In this document: one piece after another, positions 36,957 through 44,814 of the stretch
Position numbering within the stretch: the stretch's first letter is position 1
Layout of the letters: each line of letters begins with the position of its first letter
Assembly: GCA_039586365.1 (NCBI GenBank)
Contig: JBDHKN010000027.1
Span: forward strand, 1 to 54,809
Direction of reading: 5' to 3'
Length of the DNA stretch: 54,809 bases
Origin: Gemmatimonadota bacterium
GTDB taxonomy: Bacteria > Gemmatimonadota > Gemmatimonadetes > Gemmatimonadales > GWC2-71-9
Made by a program: the position numbers and the translations under genes
Notes under the pieces: model-generated
What the model saw: only the letters and a program-made list of their open reading frames with translations
Databases searched by the model: none
What the model was told of the DNA's origin: nothing

Positions 36957-38090
36957 ATGGCGACTACAAGACGGGAATTCCTGCAGGCATCGGCCGCGCT
37001 GGGAGGTGCACTGAGTATGCGGTTGCCGCTCTCAGCCACACATGGCTGGCAAGAACCGGCTCCCCACCCACTCCGCATTCTCATCCTGGGTGGGACGGGT
37101 TTCATTGGCCCCCACGAAGTTCGTTACGCGCGAAGGCGGGGCCATTCAGTTACCCTCTTCAACCGCGGCCAGACGAATCCCCATCTGTTTCCCGAACTGG
37201 AGAAGCTCGTGGGAGACCGCAACGACAACCTAGAGGCTCTGCGCGGGCGCGAGTGGGACGTCGTTGTCGATAACTCGGCCAGTATCCCTCGTTGGGTTCG
37301 TCAGTCGGCACAGCTACTCAAGGATTCAGCCGATCTGTACCTGTTCGTTTCGACTCTATCAGTCATTGCGGACAACAGCATTATCGGCGCCGATGAATCC
37401 GTCCCTGTAGCCACGATCGAAGATCCGACTACGGAGGAAGTGACCGGGCGAACCTATGGTGCGCTGAAAGCCCTGTGTGAGCAGGAGACTGAGCGAGCAT
37501 TTCCGCGTCGTGCGCTGGTGGTTCGACCTGGGCTGATCGTTGGACCGGAGGATCGGTCGGATAGGTTCACCTATTGGCCGGTGCGTATCGATCGGGGCGG
37601 CGAGGTCTTGGCTCCGGGGGATCCCAGTGATCCAACCCAGATAATCGATGCCCGTGACCTCACAGGATGGATGATCAGGATGCTTGAGCAGGGCGAGACA
37701 GGCATCTACAATGCCACAGGTCCAATCAGGCCCCTGACGATGGCAGAAATGCTGTACGGCATTCGTGCTGTGACCTCTGCTGATGTGCGTTTCACTTGGG
37801 CTGATGCTGACTTCCTAGATGAGCACGAAGTCAGAGCCTGGGCCGACATGCCGACCTGGATTCCTCCCAGAGACGGGGCCGAAGGTTTCAGCCGTGTGAA
37901 CTGTGCCAAAGCGATCGGCAAGGGCCTGACCTTCCGGCCGTTGGCTGAGACGGCAAGAGACACTCTCGACTGGTTCAAGACACTGCCGGAAGAACGGCAG
38001 GCCAATCTACGGGCCGGGATCAAACCGGATCGAGAGGCTGAAGTGCTGGCAGCCTGGCACGCACGACACGGAGACTTGGACCAACAGTAA
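36957..38090 (+). CDS. Tat-signal NAD-dependent epimerase/dehydratase (SDR family)
   Basis: TRREFL twin-Arg, LGGTGFIG, YGALK, RPGLIVGP.DR, DARDL. Confidence 0.9.
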   Translation: MATTRREFLQASAALGGALSMRLPLSATHGWQEPAPHPLRILILGGTGFIGPHEVRYARRRGHSVTLFNRGQTNPHLFPELEKLVGDRNDNLEALRGREWDVVVDNSASIPRWVRQSAQLLKDSADLYLFVSTLSVIADNSIIGADESVPVATIEDPTTEEVTGRTYGALKALCEQETERAFPRRALVVRPGLIVGPEDRSDRFTYWPVRIDRGGEVLAPGDPSDPTQIIDARDLTGWMIRMLEQGETGIYNATGPIRPLTMAEMLYGIRAVTSADVRFTWADADFLDEHEVRAWADMPTWIPPRDGAEGFSRVNCAKAIGKGLTFRPLAETARDTLDWFKTLPEERQANLRAGIKPDREAEVLAAWHARHGDLDQQ

Positions 38091-38129
38091 ACGGACCATT
38101 CCACTGTGCGCACGTACTGGGCGTGGCAG

Positions 38130-39407
38130 ATGAAGTTTTTGGGAAAGCAACGAGCACCAGGCAACGTCGCAAGCTGCGGCAAACTGCGGAGTGCGCTCGC
38201 GGCTGTGATAGCCGCAGGGGTGTGGAGTTCAGGGTGTGTTGAGGTTCAGCCGAGCGATCCAACCGTCATTCTGGTGAGCCTGGATGCTTTTCGCTGGGAT
38301 TTTTTGGAGCGTACAGAGACACCAGCTCTGGATTGGCTCATCGCGCACGGTGTGCGGGCCGAGCGGCTAGTGCCGGTGTTTCCCACCAAGACATTCCCGA
38401 GCCACTACTCCATGGCCACCGGTCTGTACCCAGAGCACCACGGCATCGTGTCCAATACTATGTACGATCCCGCAGCGGATGCTTGGTTTCGGCTCAGTGA
38501 TCGTCTTGCAGTCGGCGACGGTCACTGGTGGCGGGGAGAACCGATCTGGGTGACCGCTGAAAGACGTGGACTCGTGACAGCGCCTTACTTTTGGCCGGGC
38601 TCGGAGGCGGCAATACAGGAGACCCGTCCCACCTATTGGGAGCCGTTCGATGGCAGTGTGCCTTACGCCGAGCGGGTCCGCCAAGTCCTGGCCTGGCTGG
38701 ATCTTCCAGTACAGCAGCGACCTAGCTTCGTTACGCTGTATGTGGAAGCCGTTGATTTCGTAGCACATGACTACGATCCGGACGGTGCTCCCGAGGTGGC
38801 GGCTGTGATTGGGGAGGTTGATGGAGTGGTGGGGCTTCTGATCGGGGGGCTCCAGGATCGTGGCATGATCGACGAGGTGAACATCGTGGTCGTATCAGAC
38901 CACGGTATGGCTCAGCGATCTCCGGATCGAGTGATACTGATCGATGATTATGTGGATCTGCAACGGGCAAATGTCATCGACTGGGATCCTGTGGTCATGT
39001 TGCGGCCGGACAGCGAGTCCGTAGCCGAGGTGTATGAGTCCCTCGTTGACGCCCACCCGCATCTCAAGGTCTACAGGAAGCACGAAATCCCCGAGCGCCT
39101 GCACTTTCGCGCCAGCGAGCGCATCACTCCTGTTGTGGGAATAGCTGACGTTGGCTGGTCGGTCTCGAGCCGGTCGTACTTCGAGCGGTACACGGATCGG
39201 TTTGTGGGAGGGAGTCATGGTTACGATCCTGAAACTGAACCGATGGGGTCGATCTTCATAGGAGCGGGCCCTGCCTTCAAGGCAGGCGTCACAGTTCCTC
39301 CGTTTCAGAGTATCCATGTCTACAGTCTGTTGTGCCATATACTAGGGCTCAGTGCAGCCCCGAACGATGGCACGATTGATTCGGTAGGACTGATGTTGCG
39401 GCGTTGA
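38130..39407 (+). CDS. Ectonucleotide pyrophosphatase/phosphodiesterase (alkaline phosphatase superfamily)
   Basis: LVSLDAFR, FPTKTFPSHYS..TGLYPE.HGI, VSDHGM, GSHGYD. Confidence 0.92.
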   Translation: MKFLGKQRAPGNVASCGKLRSALAAVIAAGVWSSGCVEVQPSDPTVILVSLDAFRWDFLERTETPALDWLIAHGVRAERLVPVFPTKTFPSHYSMATGLYPEHHGIVSNTMYDPAADAWFRLSDRLAVGDGHWWRGEPIWVTAERRGLVTAPYFWPGSEAAIQETRPTYWEPFDGSVPYAERVRQVLAWLDLPVQQRPSFVTLYVEAVDFVAHDYDPDGAPEVAAVIGEVDGVVGLLIGGLQDRGMIDEVNIVVVSDHGMAQRSPDRVILIDDYVDLQRANVIDWDPVVMLRPDSESVAEVYESLVDAHPHLKVYRKHEIPERLHFRASERITPVVGIADVGWSVSSRSYFERYTDRFVGGSHGYDPETEPMGSIFIGAGPAFKAGVTVPPFQSIHVYSLLCHILGLSAAPNDGTIDSVGLMLRR

Positions 39408-39430
39408 TCCGACCTCTGTGGGGCCGCGCC

Positions 39431-40120
39431 TCACCTGCGCTTCTTCGCCTGCTCCACTTTGTGCCTCTGCCCGGTGTCGTCTCTTGTCACAATCGAGTTG
39501 ACCTTGGTGATCAACATGTCCACTGCTACGTCGTTATAGCCACCTTCAGGAATGATGATGTGTGCGTAACGTTTGCTGGGCTCGACGAATTCGAGATGCA
39601 TGGGTCGAACGGTTTGCAGGTACTGCTGCACTATCGAGTCGAGAGTCCTGGCACGCTGTGATATGTCGCGCTCCATCCGCCTAATGATGCGTAGGTCCGG
39701 GTCTGCGTCGACGAACACCTTGATATCCATTAGGTCCCGAAGTGCTCTGTCGGCCAAGATCAGGATCCCCTCTACGATCACTGCCCTGCGCGGCTCAACA
39801 GCAATACTCTTGGTTGTTCGGGCGTGGTTCTTGAAATCGTAGACCGGAACCTGGACACTCCGTCCGGCGAGCAGCTCCTCGAGATGCGCTACCAGCAAAG
39901 ACGTTTCTAGTGCGTCCGGATGGTCATAGTTGATGTTGACACGTTCATCGGGTGGCACTTCGCTGCGATCGTGGTAGTAGGAGTCGTGCTGGATAACGCT
40001 GACTTGGTTTGGCCCGAAGTTCTCGACAATTGCCTCGACCACCGTCGTCTTGCCTGATCCCGAACCGCCGGCCACACCGATGATCAGCGGTCGATCTCTG
40101 GGGTGAGTTCGTTTCACCAT
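39431..40120 (-). CDS. udk: Uridine kinase
   Basis: GVAGGSGSGKTT, HDSYY, NYDHP, VEGIL, RR.ERD..RAR, VRPMH..FVEPSK. Confidence 0.95.
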   Translation of the reverse strand: MVKRTHPRDRPLIIGVAGGSGSGKTTVVEAIVENFGPNQVSVIQHDSYYHDRSEVPPDERVNINYDHPDALETSLLVAHLEELLAGRSVQVPVYDFKNHARTTKSIAVEPRRAVIVEGILILADRALRDLMDIKVFVDADPDLRIIRRMERDISQRARTLDSIVQQYLQTVRPMHLEFVEPSKRYAHIIIPEGGYNDVAVDMLITKVNSIVTRDDTGQRHKVEQAKKRR

Positions 40121-40453
40121 GTGTATCAATCACTCATCGTCGTGTTCTCTTACAGCAAGCGCTCTTCAATGGGCATGATGTATAGCTCATGGGATAGCTC
40201 GACTGGTCAGGTCCGATACTCTCCGCTGCTAACAAAGATGCACGGACTCGTCGGAATGGCGAGGGTAGCACGACGGCGGTGCCGTCGTGTCGGATCCACG
40301 GATCCGTGGGTGTTTGGTGACTAGTCCACTTGACACCAGGGGTATGCACAAGCCATTGTCGAGGCCAATACCGCGGGTCACTAGTTCATGACTGCTCATA
40401 TCGAGCAGAGCGAGTAACTTTCAGTATACGGATGCAGCACCAAGGAGTGGAAC

Positions 40454-40633
40454 ATGGTCGAGAGACATCCCAGTGCTGAAGAGAACAAGCAATTGAGAGA
40501 CGACCGGGCGGACGATCGGCCGGACAATGGGGCAGCGTTGCGAGAGGAGAAAGAGCCGCAGCAGAAGGCTCATCGGATGAGCGTTGAGAGGCATCTCGCC
40601 GGCCTCTGGAAGATGCTTGGGCTAGGCGACTGA
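40454..40633 (+). CDS. Small 59-aa hypothetical protein, absent from the ORF track
   Basis: AAGGAG SD then ATG at 40454. MVERHPSAEENKQLRDDRADDRPDNGAALREEKEPQQKAHRMSVERHLAGLWKMLGLGD*. Confidence 0.5.
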   Translation: MVERHPSAEENKQLRDDRADDRPDNGAALREEKEPQQKAHRMSVERHLAGLWKMLGLGD

Positions 40634-40660
40634 ACTCCAGAACGCTGTCTAGTGGGTAGC

Positions 40661-40685
40661 AAAAGGCCCCGGCGTAGTCGGGGCC
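40661..40685 (-). terminator. Intrinsic terminator downstream of the ferredoxin gene
   Basis: Minus strand GGCCCCG-7 nt-CGGGGCC followed by TTTT. Confidence 0.7.
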
Positions 40686-40712
40686 CCCTACGGCAGTGGA
40701 GTCGAGATCTAG

Positions 40713-40985
40713 CTAACCGCCACGTCCCTTGGCGACCTGCCGTTCGACGTCACCTTCGAAGTACTCGTAGTTCTTGCGTATGTAGCTGGACCACTCATCC
40801 GGGACGTCTTCCTCCGGGAAGATAGCTGTCACCGGACACTCCGGCTCGCACGCCCCACAGTCAATACACTCCTCCGGACTGATGTAGAGCTGGTCCTCGC
40901 CTTCGTAGATACAGTCGACGGGGCATACGTCGACGCATCCTCTATCCATTGTGCCGATACACGGCTCGGCGATAATGTAGGTCAT
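40713..40985 (-). CDS. Dicluster ferredoxin (7Fe/8Fe, FdxA-like)
   Basis: EPCIGTMDRGCVDVCPVDCI and ECIDCGACEPECP. Confidence 0.95.
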   Translation of the reverse strand: MTYIIAEPCIGTMDRGCVDVCPVDCIYEGEDQLYISPEECIDCGACEPECPVTAIFPEEDVPDEWSSYIRKNYEYFEGDVERQVAKGRGG

Positions 40986-41271
40986 GTTGTTATTCTCCCT
41001 GCCTTCTTCCCCAAGAGCAGCAAGTTGTCCATCGATTTGGCAATGTTGCTAGCTTGGCTTTGGCTGTCAAGTTGCCAGGGAGTTGCCGGTTGGGTAGCGA
41101 ACTGGTGATCTTCCAAGTCAAATTGCAGGAATGGGCAGGAAGGGCCGCTGGCGCACGGGATCGAGTGCACCCGGCCTTTGTTGTTCTCAAGGATAGCACC
41201 CCGGGTCCGGCCCATTCTGAGATTGGCAACCGGGACCGCGTTTCAAGAGCGGCCCAGGAGTAACAGAACTG

Positions 41272-41709
41272 ATGCAGATATATCGCTACGATCCGGTCAT
41301 GGTCCAGCCGATGAGGGACGAGTTGACCCAAATCGGCTTCCACGAGATGCGCAGTCCAGAGGAAGTCGACAAGGTACTGTCGGCGCCGGATGGAACATTG
41401 CTCGTCGTGGTGAACTCTGTCTGTGGCTGCGCCGCAGGGTCTGCGAGGCCAGGGGTCAGGCTTGCACTGCTAGGCAACAGCAAACCGGACCGTCTGGCCA
41501 CCGTGTTTGCCGGCATGGAGCTGGATGCGGTTGAGCGGGCTCGCAGCTACTTCGTTGGGTATCCACCGTCTTCCCCACAGATAGGCCTCTTCAAGAACGG
41601 TCAACTGGTACATATGTTGGAGCGGCAGGACATAGAAGGTCGGTCGGCGGAGGAAGTCGCCGATGAGCTCCAAGCGGCCTTCGATGAGCATTGTGCCGCC
41701 TCGGCTTGA
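41272..41709 (+). CDS. BrxA/BrxB-family bacilliredoxin
   Basis: AGGAG SD, V.PMRDELT, VVNSVCGCAAG.ARPG, TVFAG, PPSSP. Confidence 0.92.
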   Translation: MQIYRYDPVMVQPMRDELTQIGFHEMRSPEEVDKVLSAPDGTLLVVVNSVCGCAAGSARPGVRLALLGNSKPDRLATVFAGMELDAVERARSYFVGYPPSSPQIGLFKNGQLVHMLERQDIEGRSAEEVADELQAAFDEHCAASA

Positions 41710-41732
41710 ACGTGCCGAGACACTGATCTTCC

Positions 41733-42476
41733 GTGATCCTGCTGGACCTGGCAGCAAGGCCCATCATCGCCCACCGTGGGGCCTCAGGGGAGTTCCCGGA
41801 GAACACCCTTGTAGCGTTTGAACGCGGTCTGGCCCAGGGCGCTGATGCGCTGGAGTTTGATGTGCGGATCACAGCCGATGGTGTTCCAGTTGTGATTCAC
41901 GACTCCACAGTCGACAGGACCACCGACGGGCAAGGTGCTGTGGGGGACTGGTTGTTGGACGACCTGGTGCAGCTCGATGCCGGGTCCGGTCAGAGAATCC
42001 CGACTGTCGCTCAGACTCTCAGCGCATTCCCTGACGTCCCCGCGATCATTGAGATCAAGGAAGCCAAGGCGGCCGATCGCTTGGCTGAGACTATCAGGCG
42101 GCACGGCGCGCAGAGCCGTGTGCTAGTCGGATCCTTCGACCACAGGGCCCTGGCGCCATTCGTTGGCCCGGAGTTCCGGCGGGCGGCATCGCGGCGCGAA
42201 ACGGCGCTGTGTTGGCTTGCAGGCCGACTGCGGTGGGGCCTCACTGGACTCAGTCACAGTGCATTCACCGTTCCGGTCCGCCACAGCGGGATCACGGTTG
42301 TAGACCGATCGTTCGTCGCTGCAGCCACCAAGGTGGGGAGGCCGGTACACGTATGGACGGTGAATGATAGGCAGGAGGCTGAGCGCCTGTGGGCGCTGGG
42401 TGTGACGGGAATAATCACGAACTTTCCCTGGCGCATGAGGGACCTGTGTTCGGGGTCACAGCCATTTGATCAGTGA
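41733..42476 (+). CDS. Glycerophosphodiester phosphodiesterase
   Basis: IAHRGASG..PENT..AF, EFDV..T.DG.PVVIHD, EIK, VWTVN, GIITNFP. Confidence 0.92.
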   Translation: MILLDLAARPIIAHRGASGEFPENTLVAFERGLAQGADALEFDVRITADGVPVVIHDSTVDRTTDGQGAVGDWLLDDLVQLDAGSGQRIPTVAQTLSAFPDVPAIIEIKEAKAADRLAETIRRHGAQSRVLVGSFDHRALAPFVGPEFRRAASRRETALCWLAGRLRWGLTGLSHSAFTVPVRHSGITVVDRSFVAAATKVGRPVHVWTVNDRQEAERLWALGVTGIITNFPWRMRDLCSGSQPFDQ

Positions 42477-42491
42477 GGTGTGATAGTGAGT

Positions 42492-43793
42492 ATGAGTATG
42501 AGTATGAGACTCTTGGTGGTGGGCGTAGGTTTGTTTGTCCCCGTCACTCTGTCCACGGCACCCGCCGTGCGGCAGGGGTCTTTGCCCTTGTGTGCACCGG
42601 ACAATGCGGGGATCACGCTCCCAGACGGTTTCTGCGCCGTCGTGGTAGCGGATCAGGTTGGCCGAGCCCGTCACATAACCGTGGCGCCCAACGGCGACGT
42701 TCTAGTGGCGCTCGCGAGACGCGGGAGCCGGTCGGCACCGGCTGACGGGGGGGTGCTCGTGTTGCGCGACACCGACGGAGACGGAGTGGCCGACGTGCGC
42801 CGCCGGTTTGGTGCTGGGGCGGGAGACGACGTCGAACTGAGCGGTGGTTTTCTGTACTACTCGACAAACGATGCCGTGGTACGCTACCCCTGGCCATCGG
42901 GCTCCATGGAGCCTTCAGGCGCGCCGGACACTGTCGTGAGCGGCTTGCCTGTGGATGGTAGCCATCGCACCAAGAGCATCGCCTTCGGTCCGGACGGTGC
43001 GCTCTACGTCAACATAGGATCGGCGTCCAACTCCTGCCAGGTGGAGGATCGCAAGGCGGGGAGTCCAGGTCAGGACCCGTGTGACGAGCGTGCCACACGG
43101 GCCGGTATCTGGAGGTTCGATGCCACAAGGCTGGGGCAGTTGCAGGCTGACGGGACCCGCCACGCTACCGGTCTCAGGAACACTGTGGCATTGGCCAGCC
43201 ACCCGGTGACGAAAGAACTTTATGGGGCAGTGCATGGTAGAGATCAGTTGGCCGCAAACTGGTCGCAGTACTTCGATGACAAGCAGAGTGCGGAGAAACC
43301 ATCGGAGGAACTCGTTCACATTGAAGCCGGAGATGATTTCGGTTGGCCCTACTGCTATCACGATCCGGAACCGCGTCACAAGGTGCTGGCCCCTGAGTAT
43401 GGCGGAAACGGATCCCGCGTGGGCCGCTGTAACGGGGTGAGGGAACCACTGCTAGGCCTTCCGGCACATTGGGCGCCCAACGGCCTGTTGTTCTACAATG
43501 GAGACCAGTTTCCGGAACAGTTTCGGGGCAGTGCATTCATAGCCTTCCACGGTTCCTGGAACCGGGCACCGCTACCGCAGGGCGGATATAATGTGGTTGT
43601 TGTACCTTTTATTGGTACAGATCCGAGCGGTGATTGGGAGGTGTTCGCTGATGGATTCTCCGGTGCCGACAGGAGCCCTGGTGGTGCGGAGCACCGACCG
43701 GTAGGACTTGCTGAAGGGCCAGATGGCTCGCTTTATGTGAGCGATGACAGTGGTGGGCGGATCTACAGAATACTGTACCGGGGAACAAACTAG
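42492..43793 (+). CDS. PQQ-dependent sugar/sorbosone dehydrogenase family, exported
   Basis: Signal peptide, LPDGFCA, GLRN, DFGWPYC, HWAP.GL.FY, AFHGSWNR, RPVGLA..PDGSLYVSDD. Start ambiguous (42480/42492/42498/42504). Confidence 0.9.
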   Translation: MSMSMRLLVVGVGLFVPVTLSTAPAVRQGSLPLCAPDNAGITLPDGFCAVVVADQVGRARHITVAPNGDVLVALARRGSRSAPADGGVLVLRDTDGDGVADVRRRFGAGAGDDVELSGGFLYYSTNDAVVRYPWPSGSMEPSGAPDTVVSGLPVDGSHRTKSIAFGPDGALYVNIGSASNSCQVEDRKAGSPGQDPCDERATRAGIWRFDATRLGQLQADGTRHATGLRNTVALASHPVTKELYGAVHGRDQLAANWSQYFDDKQSAEKPSEELVHIEAGDDFGWPYCYHDPEPRHKVLAPEYGGNGSRVGRCNGVREPLLGLPAHWAPNGLLFYNGDQFPEQFRGSAFIAFHGSWNRAPLPQGGYNVVVVPFIGTDPSGDWEVFADGFSGADRSPGGAEHRPVGLAEGPDGSLYVSDDSGGRIYRILYRGTN

Positions 43794-43802
43794 GAGCTAC
43801 AC

Positions 43803-44633
43803 ACGCAAGTCGCCGATCTCTTTCTCCTTGGGGCGGCAGCTGCCGCCATCGTTGCGCTGATCTTGGTGGCTCGGTCGCGATATAAGTCGGGGTTCCGGGC
43901 TGGCAGACGTAGTGCCAAGACTGAGTCGGGGCCCCCTGAGCGGCTTCCCGGTGTGGACAGCGGGGAGGCTCCTCGGGAGCTGTTGGCTGCCTGGATGCAG
44001 TTCTTGAAGGACGACCTTACCGAGGCCGTAAGCGCGTTGCACAATCGGTTGACGGTGATCTCGGTAGTGGCCTCGATGGACTCCCCCAACCTAACGGCGG
44101 AGCAACGGGAGGATCTCAAGCGAGTTAGAGCGGAGGCCGAAAGAGCTGCGAAAATCACTGTGGGGCTGTTGCGCAGGGTACATGCAGGAGCACCCGACAC
44201 GATTCCCACGGTGTATCAGAAGTACGATGGACGTGGGTTGGGGGGGGCACACCTACTGATCGTCGAACCCGACGAAGCGAATCGCACGGTCATGTACAAG
44301 TTATTCGAGCGATTGGGGCATCGCGTAACGACAGTCACCAACGGGCTGGACGCTTTTGAGGTGCTTCGTCAGGGTGGGGTGGACTGTGTCTTGTCGGACC
44401 TCCGGTTGCCCTACGTTGGAGGGCGGACCTTGTTCGAGCAGGTGGAAGAGAAACTGCCTCACTTGGCGAGCCGTTTCGTGTTTGTCACCGGTGACTATAC
44501 GGATCCGGACTCGCGTCAATTCCTGGAGCACACCGGACAACCGGTGATCGGCAAACCGTATGATGTGGCGGTCCTGCTTGGTGTAGTGGCTGAGATGGTC
44601 GAGAAAGGCAGGGCTGTCGCATCCGGTGCTTGA
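43803..44633 (+). CDS. Membrane-anchored response-regulator-like protein (TM + HisKA-like helices + receiver)
   Basis: Receiver LLIVEPD...DCVLSDLRLP..GG...FVTGD...KPY. An in-frame TM helix lies upstream of the first canonical start (TTG 43863). AGGAG-N6-ACG at 43803 is the likely start. Confidence 0.7.
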   Translation, partial: TQVADLFLLGAAAAAIVALILVARSRYKSGFRAGRRSAKTESGPPERLPGVDSGEAPRELLAAWMQFLKDDLTEAVSALHNRLTVISVVASMDSPNLTAEQREDLKRVRAEAERAAKITVGLLRRVHAGAPDTIPTVYQKYDGRGLGGAHLLIVEPDEANRTVMYKLFERLGHRVTTVTNGLDAFEVLRQGGVDCVLSDLRLPYVGGRTLFEQVEEKLPHLASRFVFVTGDYTDPDSRQFLEHTGQPVIGKPYDVAVLLGVVAEMVEKGRAVASGA

Positions 44634-44814
44634 AGGGGGGTCGTGCTCTTGCGGGAATCGCGATTTCTCGGCGAATGCCGTCCCGTATCCTTGTGCCCTT
44701 CTTGATAGAGCCGCATCATTAAAGACTGTAACGGTTCCGGTTAGCCACCTCCCGACGAGGGAGGTGCAATGACGAAATAGGGAACATTCCACGAAGTTCC
44801 ACCGGGCGACGATC

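Noticed and set aside
40150..40320. Minus-strand short ORF with in-frame TGA, two palindromes, and an SRP-like TCAGGTCCG
   Set aside because: No redox motif or family resemblance around the TGA. The SRP GGAAGGAAGCAG continuation is missing. The palindromes alone are unremarkable.
44712..44745. Pho box upstream of ppk1
   Set aside because: Only one good half-site (CTGTAAC). The neighbours at 11-bp spacing match poorly.
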